Assembly: GCA_964057225.1 (NCBI GenBank)
Contig: OZ059898.1
Span: 3,968,001-4,032,000, forward strand
DNA from: Auanema rhodensis
Lineage: Eukaryota; Animalia; Nematoda
Direction of reading: 5' to 3'
DNA length: 64,000 bases
Below, piece after piece: positions 24,488 to 38,820 of this stretch (positions are counted from its first letter, which is position 1; every line of letters begins with the position of its first letter). The translations under genes and the position numbers were made by a program. The notes beneath the pieces were generated by a model that was not told the origin of the DNA, ran no database searches, and saw nothing but the letters and a program-made list of their open reading frames with translations.

Positions 24488-25198
24488 GTTGTGAAATTCA
24501 TTTAGTGTCTTTTTATTAACCAATTAATAAGCTTTATTCAACTTTTCTCTTACCATAAGTGCTTCTTTATAACTTATTTTTAATATTGTACATATTTTTG
24601 TTCACAACGATCTCATAACTTATGTCTAAAGCAATATTCGGATGTCTTTTCATTCCATATTCAGTTTGTATATCAGTATTCTAGGAGAACATGTATGGAA
24701 TTCAGTGTCTGGTGCTCCAAGCAGGTCTTTTTCATCTTCATTGCTTTTGTTTTTATCTTTTACTGTTAATTAATCGCTAGATTTGTAACGTTTTTCACGT
24801 TCACTCAAAATAAACAACATTTCGTATGGAAGGCATGAACGTAGACTACTAACTTATGATTAATATTTTCTATTGTTTCGTTATATCTGTGCCAAGAAAT
24901 AAATGATACAGACGTATTTAGCTGTTTCATTATTCTATAAGGAATTTGTTTTTCATGAAGAACTAGTTATTAAATTTCAAAGATTAGAAACATAATTAAT
25001 GGAAAGTAGAAGTGATGTATGATATTACATTTATAGGTTTAGAAAACCACATTCGGAAGGTGTGGCACATAGGCGGCTTTCTATGTTGCTATGGTACTCC
25101 AACTTCGATGCTGGTGATTATTTTATCTAAGGTTCGGCTGATAAGCTATTGAACAGCTGTGATTATTTTCTAATTCTGTCTGATTTGTGCTCTGCAAA

Positions 25199-26391
25199 AT
25201 GCTCTCGTGGAATATCAATGGTTTTCCACAATTAAGCTTCTCACGGTTAATTATATGTTTTTCTATTTATCTTCTTAGTCCTTGTCTGGCTCAAGATTGT
25301 GTCCAGCAACGTCCTGAACCGCAACATTTAAGTATGTGTTTAATTTAAGATAAGATAATGTTTATATAATTCAAAATTTATTTTCATGAATAAGTAAGAT
25401 GTTTTGCTTTAGAATATTTGTCAGTTAAAGTTGTAAACAAAGACAGTGATAATCCATCTTATAATTTGGTTGTTGAAAGCCAAGCAGGACATGCTGGTGC
25501 TCCGTATGGGGCCCGTTTTCTAACAGGAGATATAGGAAATTGTTCTTCACAATGTACGCATCGTATAATTGCGTTTCGGCCAAGAGAGAGAAACCGTAAG
25601 TAAATTGATCACTTTTCAAGTCCTAAGCATTCAACAATGAAAATCAATTTTTTTCCATTGTAGTCAGACTTCATCGCACATTACTGTATGCTCTGGATTT
25701 CCAAGAAACAATGATAGCTCCTAACTATCAAGACGTTGAAATGGAATCTCCGATCAAATGTGCAAGGCAGTTTGGTTTTTGTGGTGCAACTATAGGACTC
25801 TATCGTCATTTTCGATATACTCCTGGAGGATTGCGTATCTTATAGCATTTTCACCAGCATTATTCTTTCATATGTTATAGAACATGCTTATTCATTTTCG
25901 TCTCAACAAACTATTCGCGGATTTACAAGAGAATTTTATCCTATGTGTTATTTATGGACATTACCAGACGATAAAAAAATATTAAAAGGAAAAAATATTT
26001 TAGGTTAGTAGAATATCATTCATTTTATGTCTTCGTGCGTTATTTCAAATAATATTATATAATTTAAAATATCTTAATTAATTTTAATTATTATATTATT
26101 TATAAAAAAATATAAAAATAAAAGGTCATAAGAATCTTCATATTCCTCGATAAAATAAGATCACCAAAGAACTATTCAACACTAAATACTACTACCTTAA
26201 ATCAAATGTCCATTCAGCGAGCCGCAGTCCCAGGGCAACCTCCACATGTGTTAAGAGCCCAACAACCTTACCTTTTGATGAACTTGAATTACTACGTGTC
26301 TATGACAACCAAGTTAAAGGTATTTCTATGTTAAAAGTATATTTTGATCTTATCCATTTATCGCTAATACTATATATGATACACATACAGA

Positions 26392-26444
<53 letters not shown>

Positions 26445-26466
26445 TTTTTCTCTCTCTTCCTATATA

Positions 26467-26515
<49 letters not shown>

Positions 26516-28216
26516 ATAGTGATAATTCGTGAATCAGATTATTATTATTTTCTGTTTGAGCGTTTTCCTCTTGTGTCTGTTATTCATTCATTCATTCATG
26601 AAATAATTCAACTTCAAACCAAATCTACAGAAAATAAGTATAATCCCTAATTTTTTTCTTTAGGAACTCGGCGAGATCATTACTATACAATATCAACAAA
26701 TATATCGAATCCTGATTTATCCCTCTACAATCAACTAGTAAATCTATTTGAATGTATCATCGCGATTTACATAATTAGTTTAGGATCCACTTGGAAAAGT
26801 AGCTACCTCAGATTCAGGGAGTTGTGGATGTTTGATAAAATTGGTACAAGTAATAGATAAACAAGATGGCATTTTACGTAATACTATATTGAATTGAATT
26901 GAATTTATTTTTTGATTCATCTACATAGGTCGTTTGGATCACAAAATTATTATTGAAGGTGCAGAACCTAATAGACAATATGAAAACTATACGAGTACTG
27001 GAGAAAGTTTCTATTGTGCAAGAGAGATGTCTTGTGGTGCTACATTACCACTTTGGAAATCATTTCACTATTTTGATATTGGTTAGTTTCTTTAGCAATG
27101 AAATTTGTGAAATACAATCGAACTTCAGATTCTATATTATCCACATCAACTACCCCAGTACCTTATTCTTATCTATATCCTCAAAAACCACTCTGCTTCA
27201 TTTGGCCAGTTGATTATGGACGGTATGTAGATACATTGAATTCAACTACGATTGAAACAGTGCATGCTAATAGCGGAAATGCTAATTCACCATCAAAAAA
27301 TAATAGCGAAATATTGCTCGATATATTGAAGAGAGGTACTATACTTCCAAACAATGTTTCACATTCAATATCGAGAGTTCATGAAAATGATACTATTATA
27401 TCTCGTAATTCTCAGTTAATATCAAGTGGGCAATTTTCATCCAATTTGACCATGGTTCACTATACGCAACCAACATTACCTCCGATTTCTAATAAATATA
27501 TTCATTTCAAAAATGTGAAGAAGGATCCAAAATCCGTTAACCTAGGAAGGAAGCATTTCATCAATGATATAATGGTTAAAACTCGATCTCATTTTACATC
27601 CAATAATCCAATGGCCGATACTGACAAAACTTTGCCTGATCCAGCATCTAAACAAACATTAATTGGATGGTCGAAAATATTCAACGAATCAATCAAAATG
27701 CATGATCCTTCTACAGTGAATACAGTTGCGAATTCAAACTCATCATTTCTACAGATTCAGAAAAATGATTTAGAGTTTGATTCCCAAATTAACGAAATTA
27801 CACATACAAATGTGAATAGCAATTCAGCGTCAGAAACGACTGCTAATCAACTTACTATGACGTCTTTGGATGCTTATAATTCAACATCAGAATTTAATTT
27901 GATAACAACGTCGTCGTATGTATTGCAATCGGATTTTATATCAACTGCTGCTCCTTTTGAAGGAAAAATTAGAAAACAACATACCACATCGGATTTAGTT
28001 AGTCAGTATTCAAACACACTTCACACTAATGGAGAAAATACAGTTTCCAGAACTTATCCTGAGCTTGATGTTAAGATATCAAAAGCAAATACCGAAGAAA
28101 CAAGCTCATTCTCCAATTCAATATCATCAACAATCACGCAACCTGGCTCGAAATCAATGGCAGTCACAATAATTCCATTATCGAATAGCTTTTCATCTCA
28201 ATTAAAAAATACTTGA
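25199..28216 (+). CDS. Secreted protein, paralogue A: two Cys-containing DUF5648-like modules plus a ~330 aa Ser/Thr/Asn-rich tail
   Basis: Hand-spliced: signal peptide MLSWNINGFPQLSFSRLIICFSIYLLSPCLA/QDC; module 1 CARQFGFCGATIGLYRHF..EFYPMCYLW; module 2 RDHYYT..LGKV..CGCLIKL..RLDH..FYCAREMSCGATLPLWKSF..KPLCFIW. Final exon corresponds to ORF 27098-28216. The DUF5648 label comes from motif recall, not a search. Confidence 0.75.
26398..26510. repeat. Compound (CT)n-(TA)n microsatellite in an intron of paralogue A
   Basis: Directly visible. Confidence 0.9.
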
Positions 28217-29146
28217 ATCTCAACATCTTCAATAAATGTTCAAATCAATGATTTATAGTATAATACTATATGAAAATCATATAAATATTACTGTTATTTT
28301 TGGAAAATAAAGAATAAATTGTTGAAATTCATTTATGTTTAGAAGAATTACAAATATGTACATAAACTCGGCTTATCCTGTTATTTCATATATATAGTCG
28401 TTGTTAGCTTCCTTTTTATATGAGCATATGATTAAATGTATTTTTCTTGCAATAAATATAAATAGTGTAAACATTTTTATAGTATACTTTGTTAAGTATA
28501 TTGTATCTCTTACATGAGATGTTCGAGTACAAAAAACTTTAAAAAAGATAATATAAGGACGTAGCACATTTATATTACAAGATTAACTTCAATGCGAAGC
28601 TACTTATAAGTTCATTCATCTATACATTTTCTACATAGTTATTGCTTTTTGATATGTTTTTGGAACGTACTTTGGTGATTATCTTTCTGGGCGTAAGTTT
28701 GTTTTTGAACTCACAATAAAACAATTTTTATCTATTTATATATGCTTTATATGCATATACTTATACTTCAATCTCAGACTGCATTCAGTTAAATCTCCTC
28801 GATGATAAAACGACATCTATTCATATTATAATAGTTAGTAGAATTTGAGAATAGTAATAGAAGTCCACTTCTATTCTTTACGTTTGTCGAGTAAATCTTT
28901 TACTTTAACATTTATTCATAGTTTTATAACAAAAAAAGGTTTTCTTTATTGAAATTGTTTTTTTTCATATTCTTTATTCTATTTTATATAAAAAAGAAGA
29001 TAAATGTATTTATTGGATATTCATATATCTCCATGTAGTCGATATACATTTAGATTACTGATTTCTTACCAACAGCTTATAAAATATTTTTAATATTATC
29101 GTTATGATTTGATTTTTTCCTAATAGATATTATAGATTCGGTTATA

Positions 29147-31068
29147 ATGCTTCATCGAACTATAACTATATATATATTATTATGTTGTTTTCCCGGGAAA
29201 GTAATTAGCGATTGTCTTCAAGGTTATCCATCAAATTTACAAAAATGTAAAAAAAATCACATAACATTCTAATCTGTGAAATCTTATATTTTAGTACCAG
29301 AAAATTTTTCAACAGATGAAAGAACATCTTCAAGCTTTAATTACGATTTTGATGGTTATATGATGAATGGACCAGATAACCAATGTCCGATTGATTGTGC
29401 TGTTCAACTCTCCTCAAACAATAATAGTTATATTAAACGTATATTAAATATATTTATATGCATATATTATATTAGATATCCTATTCAAACATCCAAATCA
29501 AGTATCTCAAGAAAACGAAATTAATTTGTATTGTGCTAAAGAAGATGGTTTCTGTGGAGCAACTGTACCCTTGTATAGACACTACAGACTGGATATTACA
29601 GGAATACGTAAGTTTTAATATAATATTATTTTATAAATAAAATATTGATTATAGAATATATTTATTCATCTAATTCTTCTGTCATTGATTCATACATTAG
29701 AGAACTTTTTCCTTTCTGTTATGTATGGGCACAAGTTAAAATTTCGGGTTCTCACAATGCGGTTGAAACAGAAATGCAAAATGACACATGTACTGTTCAT
29801 AATAATATCCCGAGTGATGATTTAGTTAACCTAAATATTTATAAAGTAACTCAAGGTAAATATTATTTCTTATATAATTAATATTTTGAAATCATTTGGC
29901 ACTCGAGAAAAAAAAATTATTCGTGCATTCGATCGAAAATGTTATTATTTTGGCTTGATCAAGAGTATCATATAGCGTGTTTCAGTGTTATAAGAACTAG
30001 AAATACAAATATGTTGTTTTTAGGCTTTTATACTGATCATTATCTAACAACTCTAGAACCAGAGGATCCTCAACTGGAGAGATATGAATTACAGGTAGAA
30101 AATTTTTTACAAATTAAATAATACTCTTATTCTATAGGGTACTTTTGGAAAAGTATTACTGTTAGAGGAACAAGCAACTTGTAGTTGTTTGATAAAGTTG
30201 AAACAACAGGTTGAAACTCAACATACCGCTCCTTTCGGTATATATAGTTTTAAGCAATAAATCTATAACTTCTTTGTTATTTAGAAAGATCCGATCACCG
30301 GCTCGTAACAGAAGACACAGAAAATATGTTTTATGAAAACTACGAAGATAATGGAGAAACATTTTACTGCGTAAAACATCAAGCTTGTGGTGCGACAATT
30401 CCTTTATATAAATTTTTCCATATAGTTCAATTAGGTAATTCATATAAATTATTTAAATTCGCAATGTTCTTATTATATTTTCAGATACATTTTACGCCAT
30501 TGATCCTTCCCCTGTTTTATTTGCTATTTTGCAATCACCAACTCCTTTGTGCTATCTATGGTCTGCATCATACAATATCAGTTCAACAACATCTACTGAA
30601 CATTCAACCATTGCAAATCCGATGACGGTATTGAATGATGTCTCAGATACAACATCAACTACATTGGTTGATATTCCTCAAACTACAATACCTACAACTA
30701 CTGAGGCAAATTCTCCACCACCAACGACCAACCCATCAAATACTGTTACTGTGAGATATACAGATTCCACTGTTACTATTACTACAACATCTACATCTAC
30801 TTCGAATTTGAACTCTTCAACAGTCAATACAAATTCAACAGCACAAATCGCAGAAAAGATACAAAGAGATGCTCCGAAAATTCTTAAAAGAAAACCAATA
30901 AAAGCTGACAGAACTGATTCTTCACTTTCTAGCTTTAACGATCCTACATCTGAAGAAAACTTTTTAATTTCAGACTCTAATAGTTTATCACCAAATGCAA
31001 CATCTTCCAAATTTGGGCATGTTATCGTCAGAATTAGAACTGCAGATAACTCTAACCAACTTGATTAA
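29147..31068 (+). CDS. Secreted protein, paralogue B: two DUF5648-like modules plus a Thr/Ser-rich mucin-like tail
   Basis: Signal peptide MLHRTITIYILLCCFPGKVIS/DC; CAKEDGFCGATVPLYRHY..ELFPFCYVW; TDHYLT..FGKV..CSCLIKL..RSDH..FYCVKHQACGATIPLYKFF..TPLCYLW; tail within ORF 30529-31068. Most intron positions match paralogue A. Confidence 0.78.
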
Positions 31069-32697
31069 TTGTTCTTACTATCTCAATATAAATTTTTTTT
31101 GTAAAAATATTTAAAAACAGGAAATATCTTTCAAAGTTAAGTTCTTGTATCATTTATCAAATAGTAATCAAACTTTCATTTTTTATTATCTCATTTGTAT
31201 ATACATATATACTTCATTTACATATATTTCTACTTAAATGTGAATATGCTCAAATGTCACTTTCATATATTTATTGAAGTTAAAATAAATTTAATAAATT
31301 TTCTTCATTCAATGTTTATTTCAATTAAATTCTGTGCATGTTTTCCTCAACTTTATCATCCTAAAATGTGATGAATATATGAATTTTTCATATAGCATTT
31401 TCTCAATGACATCATAAAGCAACATTTTTCGTTTTTTTTTATTTAACGTACAAAAACTGAAGAATCCTGTTATTTTCTTTATTTTGCAAATTTAGATAAT
31501 TAGGGAGGATTTTTCTTAACCCTATGGACCATCTTAACGGTTTTTTGAGTTTTTAGGTTATCCTCTAATCCCTTTAATCTTGAGAAGCTGAAAATCATTA
31601 ACCCTCCTTTAATTCATATGCACAATATTTTGGAACAAATTTTGTTTGTTTTGATCCTAGAAAATCCTAATTTCTCAAAAAACATTCTTCATATAGCTGA
31701 ACATATTTTTATGTAAAAGTATATATATATATATATAATATACATATCATGCTTGTATATTGTTAGAGAGGGAAAGAGAGAGAACTACAGATATTTCAGT
31801 TTCAGATTTTATAGAAATGTAAAAATTATAAATATTTCGTAATTGAAATATAAGCGAATTAGTACTTCTCCGAGTATCTACAATCATGTATAGTAGAAAT
31901 CGTTGAGAATTTTCAATCCGAAATGAGAATTGAAATAAAAAAAAGAAATATTAGCCCTATATCATGATACGTTGATTTTACACTATTAAACTGGACAAAA
32001 ATATGGTGTGTCATTATTAGAAGCCATTAAAGCATGACGATTGCTAGAAGGAAAGATATTTAACTCCAAATTATCTCTTTCTTTTTCTCCTTTCCATCTA
32101 TATTTCTATTTCAATATAAAATATTCTTTCTGGTTCTTTTTTCTAGTCCTAGAACCTATCGGTCTATACTTCTTTCTTCACCATGTATACTTTTTTTGAT
32201 GGAAAAACGTTCTGGTTGAAAAGTTTTGTTAAAAAGCTATCAAATAGCTTTATATCGGTTCATTAAACCAACACAACGTTAGAGTAGATGATACAGCCAA
32301 CATTAGTTGTGAAATGATGGATAACTATCCATGTAATTATCAAAGAGCAAATGCTGCGCTCAGTTATGCGTGCATTCTATGCTGAATAAATAGCAGAAAA
32401 TGCTGTTTATATGATCTTGTCTATGAGAAATATACGTAAAAAGTTCACGTGAACCATTGCAAAAATAATTGCCAAAGCTGTCATTCGCATCATAGTTGGC
32501 GTCTCAGTCGATTCATTAGTTGTTCTGGACTGTTTTGAAATGACATTAGTTGTTGCAATTAGGGTCTGTAAGAGGAAACTCAAAACTAAGAGTTTAGTAT
32601 TTAGCTTCCATGAAATATGCTGAACTTAAAAAAAAACTTTAATATTCAATTTAGACCTATGGTCAATATGTATAGTTAAGATTACCTATGCTAAATT

Positions 32698-32746
<49 letters not shown>

Positions 32747-33887
32747 ATATGTATATATATTAGATTCAAGAAGTTTAACTTTTAGCAAAAATGGTTAAAA
32801 CGATTAATGTTCTTCTCAGAAATTTGTTAAATTGCTCATTTTGTCGAAACGAACTTTCATAATTTGTTTGTAAGTATAGGAAACAAATGAAGTTAACGAG
32901 TGTTGCGTGTTACAAGTTCATATTTCTGATCTGATGCAATGACTTCCAGTAAGATAAAGTTAGAAGAAAAATGATTCCGAAGTCTTACAAGATTTCATAA
33001 AATGACAGGTAAGATATCATGTATGTATTTTATCTTCAAGCTTAAAAGCTTTAAGTGAAGGTTTTTAATAACCTTTAGACATGAGTTGACGTGGTGCAGC
33101 ATCATTCTGCAACTTCATTTAGTTTTTTTTACAATTTCAGTGTCTTTTTTGAACGTTGATTTAGTAAACATCTGATTTTTCTAATAAAACTGAACTAAAG
33201 AAGATGAAAAGTTGTTTTCTTAAAAAAACAGAAAACTTTATTATACTTTCAAAATGATTGGATATACAATTTTATGAGGAAGAGCAAGGAATAATAGAGA
33301 AAACAGTGGCTTTTAGAGAGTCAAGTGGGTTATATTTTATAAAGCAAGAAGCATCTGAAAGTAAAAACTACCTTTGGTAAATATTCGATAACAAAGTTTC
33401 TTAAATGGTTTTTTATTATTTCTTTATATATATAATAGAAAAGAAAGATTTTGTCTGAGTTTAGAAAGTAGTAAATGTTTGGAAAGTTTTTTACTCTCAT
33501 CACTTTCAACAATTCTACGTTTATATATAAACATGGAAAGAAGCTGCTTCTAAATTTCAAATAAGATAGTTTTACTTAAATTAAATAAAGCAAATTTCAT
33601 TTTTATTTTTATTTTTTGTAAAATAAATATATTTTTGATCATTAAACACACATTTTGAAAGTATTAAATTATATAATTAGGCAAATCAATCTGTCTTCTT
33701 TAAAAATTTAGAAAACATATTGTATTATGCAAAGTTATTTTCATTTTCAAATCTTCACATTTAGCTCTAACCACTTATGTATTTTATCCCTATATTATCC
33801 TCATTTAAATTTAACATAGTACCGTAATATTCTACACCTAGCTCCTCGTCTATTTCTCTTTTTTCCTTTGTTAATCTATATTTCTAA

Positions 33888-33895
33888 CCCCCCCC

Positions 33896-33965
<70 letters not shown>

Positions 33966-33975
33966 TTCTCTCTCT
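33888..33975. repeat. Poly-C plus long (CT)n microsatellite upstream of flp-14
   Basis: Directly visible. Confidence 0.9.
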
Positions 33976-34204
33976 AATCTCTTTCATTATTTCGTACATT
34001 CGTTATCTTTTCATTCCTCTTTTCCTCACTCTCTTATACTTTATCTATTTTCACCCCTCTTTCATTAACCTTTTCTTTTCTTCACCGGATACATATTCTC
34101 TTCATTTACTCTGCCCACTATCAGGAGGAGGAGGAAGAGGAGAAGGCAGGCGGAGTCAGCGGTTTCGTTTTGGGATACGCCCCTAGAATTGTCACTTCTA
34201 CACG

Positions 34205-34405
34205 ATGCGTGGCTTCGCAACAGTCGGTCTTCTGTCTGTCATCCTTTCTGTCGTCGTATCTGTTTGTTGGGCTCAAGCTCCTGATGCATCTTCTGCCGCT
34301 GTGAGCTCTGCCTCAGGAAAAAATTGTAATGAGGTATGTTCTTTCTGTACATTCATAGACTGAAATTTCGAAATGTTTCTCTGAAATCATTTCATTAAAA
34401 AACAA

Positions 34406-34450
<45 letters not shown>

Positions 34451-37251
34451 TTTTCAGTAGTGTTGTTTTAATTTTCTTTTAAAACACACATATACATCAT
34501 AATTGAGATCATAGGTCTGGTATCTTTTTCCTAAAAAGAATAAATTAACTACAAATTCATCCTCTATCTTTGATACTTTATCATCTTTAACTCTCACTCT
34601 CATTAATTTTCACTAACTCCCTTCCCTTCTATATCTAATTATCATAAAAGTCTGATAAAAGCTTATTACAAGCTTGAAGAGGTGAAAGGACTAAGATCAA
34701 TCGTTCCTGATGACAATAAATGAAAGCATACTTGCTGATGACATAGTAATGCCATCTGAAGTAGAATATATTTTATATTTTATTTGATATATTGGTCTAC
34801 AAACTATTTTCTACATCTTTTATATAATTGTAATTTTTATTAATTATCTTATAAATTTTAAAATAGAATGCACTGTATAACTGAAAACAATATCAGCTTG
34901 CATTCTCATACATACATCTATGCTCACTTGTTGAATATATGAATTTCAGCAATTTAAGGACGATGTAATCAAAATCTAATTTTTTAAGCAAACAATACGT
35001 TTTATCATAACAAAAATAGAAACCTTTCAAGCTGTCTATACCAATATTTTAGCTCACAGTATGACTAACTAAAACAATTAAGACTTCGCATTTGGCATAA
35101 TTAGCAAGTGCTCAATAATAGAATAGTTATTTTCTTAGCATAATCTCATCAGAAGTATAAGTATAACATTACAAAACATATAAAACTTTTTTATTCTATC
35201 TTGGAATATATATATATATATATATATATTCTTAACTTTATATGCACTAAACTTGTAACATGACAAGACATTAGTTGTTACAACCAAAATTTCGCTTCTC
35301 TCAATTTATAAAAATACTTCTGATATGATGAACTCTGGACAAAAATATTACTTTAAGGGTATGAACAAACATATTCGATATATCTCAATGATCCAATCAC
35401 ATACTTTGTGTTTTATCTAGGAACAAGCATGATTGTTTCAACACTTTAGAATGCAAAATACATTTCGACAACGAATCTATCATATGTTCTTGATTTTTAT
35501 GACAGTTCTTGAATTATTTAGTCAGCTTCTTATTCATCTTCCTAATTATATATGCTTTTAAAACATTATATATATAGTCTTAGCCTACTCAAAACGTTTT
35601 TACTTTATGCTCGAATGAAGTTTTAAATATGCTACTAGAGCGATTTAAAAATTCTCTTCTGATATGAAATATCTATTCTTTAGAAAAAAAAAGAAAAAGA
35701 GAAGTAGAGTAACGTATTTAAAGACATGCATGAACACACATATACATATACTATGTAATACACGGTTCTTGAAATGTACTCAATTCATTAACGTTCTTCT
35801 AACTTTTCCACAAGTCTTTCATCAAGATAGTGTAGTTAACACTTCTATTGTGTACACCCTAAGAGTGGAATTTTTAATGCAATACCTTGAATTATAGAGT
35901 GCTGACGACAGCATCTCAAGAAAGGCTTGAATAAAATAAGTAAATTTGAGAAGTGTTTTCAAAACCGTTTGCCTTATTATTACGGATTAAGCAAAAAAAT
36001 TTTTAGATCTTGACTGGTGGAGGAGATCAACAAGATCTTTTACTCTGTCAACTCAGCGAAAGCAGTACACTCTTGGCTCAACTTGGTGCTCTTGTTTCTG
36101 AAGGATTAGAGCGTCTGATGCAAAACCAAGGTTAGAAGCATTACTTTTTTTTACGAAATAATAGAAAAAAATTTCAATTAAATGATAAAGCATCGTAAGA
36201 GATTTTTCTTATTTATGATAAATCTTCTCGGTGACTACCAACAACAAACAATTGCAATAATGCAGAAGAGATGCAAATATTCAAAGTCGGATCTGACACA
36301 TGAACTGAAGGGTCTAGCTTCCTTTACAGAATGTAGTTCAAAAAACACAGCAGTTTTACATATAACTCAGATCTCTTGGGAATTTGAAAGCTTACAATAA
36401 AAAAAGTTTCTTATAAAAAAAGTGGTGCATCCAGTGATCATAAGAAAAGCATAATACTCTTTGTCACAAAATTTTAGTTCGTGACATTCTCATTTATCTT
36501 TAAGTTCACATAAAATATCCTTTCAAATCTTCAATATTTTGAAAAAAAAAATCCAAATTTTATTTTGACTTGGAAAACAATCACTTGGGATCGTTGACAC
36601 GAAAGAATATGAGAAACATGTCAAATATAATTTTAAATTCTTGTTTCTTGAAACTAGCAAATACAATTCCAAAAGACATAGTTTAAAAATAATAAAAAAA
36701 ATTCAATTTAGCAAAAATGGAAAACGTGAATCACATTGTATGAATCTCAAAAAATCTTTAATCTGATTTCAAAACTGTTTTTGAATTCAGGTTGTATGCA
36801 AATAAAAAAATCTTTTTCTTTAATTTAACTGAATTTAACGATGTTTATTACGATGGTTTTTAGAACAAAAGGTTAAATTGTCATAAAAAAATATATTTTG
36901 GAAAATAACGCTTAAAATCAAAACAAAATTCAAAGTATAATATTTGAATGTTTAATTATTGTTTATTACGTTCAGGTATTGCTGCACCTGAGGAAGGAGA
37001 AGACGATGCTTCAGGCGTTGATAAAAGGAAACATGAATATTTGAGGTAATTTTGAACTGCTTCAAACTGTTTTTTTTAACCATAAAACCGTATCTTAAGA
37101 TTTGGAAAGAGAAAGCATGAATACCTCCGTTTCGGAAAGAGAAAGCACGAATATTTAAGGTAATTCACTTTCAGATACAAAACAGAATTCATTAAAATTA
37201 TTTAGATTTGGTAAGAGAAAGCACGAGTACCTTCGTTTTGGACGTAAGTAA
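34205..37251 (+). CDS. flp-14: FMRFamide-like neuropeptide precursor encoding 4x KHEYLRFamide (AF2); exons 34205-34333, 36007-36130, 36976-37045, 37100-37159, 37206-37251
   Basis: Signal peptide [23 protein letters not shown], propeptide [31 protein letters not shown], then ([10 protein letters not shown])x4-RK-stop. All introns are GT-AG and in phase. Entirely missed by the ORF track. Confidence 0.97.
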
Positions 37252-38820
37252 ACGGTAATTCCACAGGAATGAAACTGGATAAAATGTTTGCTGAAACGAT
37301 CTGCTCTATGATGCTTGTTTAGTGCTCTATCAAAAAGTCTCTGTTATTTTCACATTTATATCTGATAATGAAGACACTTTACTTAAGTTTTTATGATTCT
37401 CAGTAATGAAAATCATATTTTCGAAATTTAATTATCATTTCTTGAGTCTCATTTACTGATTATGCCTCATCACATCTTGCGTTTTGTGTTTTCTTCTTTT
37501 TTTTTCAAGCAGTCCGTTGAGGATATTGATGATAATAATGATGAAGATGATTTACATAGATGGTCTTGTGCTGAGATGATTATTGCACAATAGGTCAATA
37601 AACTATGCTTGTTAACATATATGTTGAATTCTTTATTATTCATATAATTGAAAACAAAAAGAAAAATGATACAATATCAATGAAAAAACAAGAAACTTGT
37701 GGAAAAAAATATACAAACGTTTCCTAGAATAAGGGATTTTCATCGAATATTAAGAAACGTTTTGGATTAGTTTGTTAACAATATGAACAAAATGTCAATA
37801 TAAAATTAGGATGTCATAATTAATATTTAAAGAACATGGTTTATTCATCTCTAATAAACTTATTTTTTTAGTTTTTTGATGCATTTTTTTCTTTTTCAAT
37901 ACTGTTCCATACTTCGTTTGTACATATTTGCATGCATTTTTTTTGGGGCAAAAAAATATTGTGATACGTAAGGTTAGGTGCTCAAATTTAGAAATAAGAA
38001 GATAGAAACACAAAAAATTCATCTCATAATCTATGAGTATTAAGTGAAAATCTAAAGAAAAATAAGAATTTTTTTCATTTAATTTATTTCTTTTGGTAGA
38101 AGATGGTTCAAAGCAATTGTTTAAGAAGGAAATAAAGAAAGATTGACCTTAGTGTTTTTAGTTTTAAACCCACAAAGTAGAACATTATTGAATTGACATA
38201 GTATTGAAATGCCCTATTTTTAATCATTAGCAACAAGAATACTTTAAAAAAATAGTTGTGAAATAATTAAAAAAACATTAATTTATAATTAATTAAAATA
38301 CATTTCTATGCACTTTAACATATAATGTAAATATTTTATTTCAGAAGTTAATGTTTGATACACTTATTGTTGTCTGATGTTTTTTTGAACTTTCATATTT
38401 TTTCTAATAAAAAACTCAATATTAAGTATGTAAATTTAGAGAAACAAAGATAATTTTCTTTGGAGAAGAACTATGGTCCTTAAAGAATAAACAATTTTAC
38501 TATACAGATAGTTAATACGTTCAATATTTTTTGAATAACAAGTTCGAATTCAATAATCGAAAAAAAGGAAAAACGAGAGCGATAAGAGAGACATAGAGAA
38601 AAAAAGAGAAAGAAAGAAAGAGGGAGAAAGAGAGAGAAAGAGAGAGAGAGGGGTGGGGAATGGAAAATAAAAAGAGAACTTAGCTAAACTTTGAGATAGT
38701 AATGAGCAAAGAGAAGAAAAAAAAATAAAATTTTAGTAGTATAATAATAAAAGATTTATTTAAAAAATTCCAAAACTCTGTTTAAGTATTCTTAATTTCT
38801 CAAACTCTTTTAATAAGTAA

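Noticed and set aside
25037-25140. GGTTTAG start with small hairpins, suggesting an SL RNA or sbRNA
   Set aside because: No match to SL1/SL2 leader plus donor or Sm site, and no stem-bulge consensus
25246-25278. Apparent GT-AG mini-intron in paralogue A
   Set aside because: The 33 nt are in frame and encode the hydrophobic core of the signal peptide
30678-31010. 110-aa Val-rich minus-strand ORF
   Set aside because: Antisense of the Thr-rich tail of paralogue B
37024-37248. Regularly spaced direct repeats resembling a CRISPR-like array
   Set aside because: They are synonymous-variant coding repeats of KHEYLRFG in a eukaryotic gene
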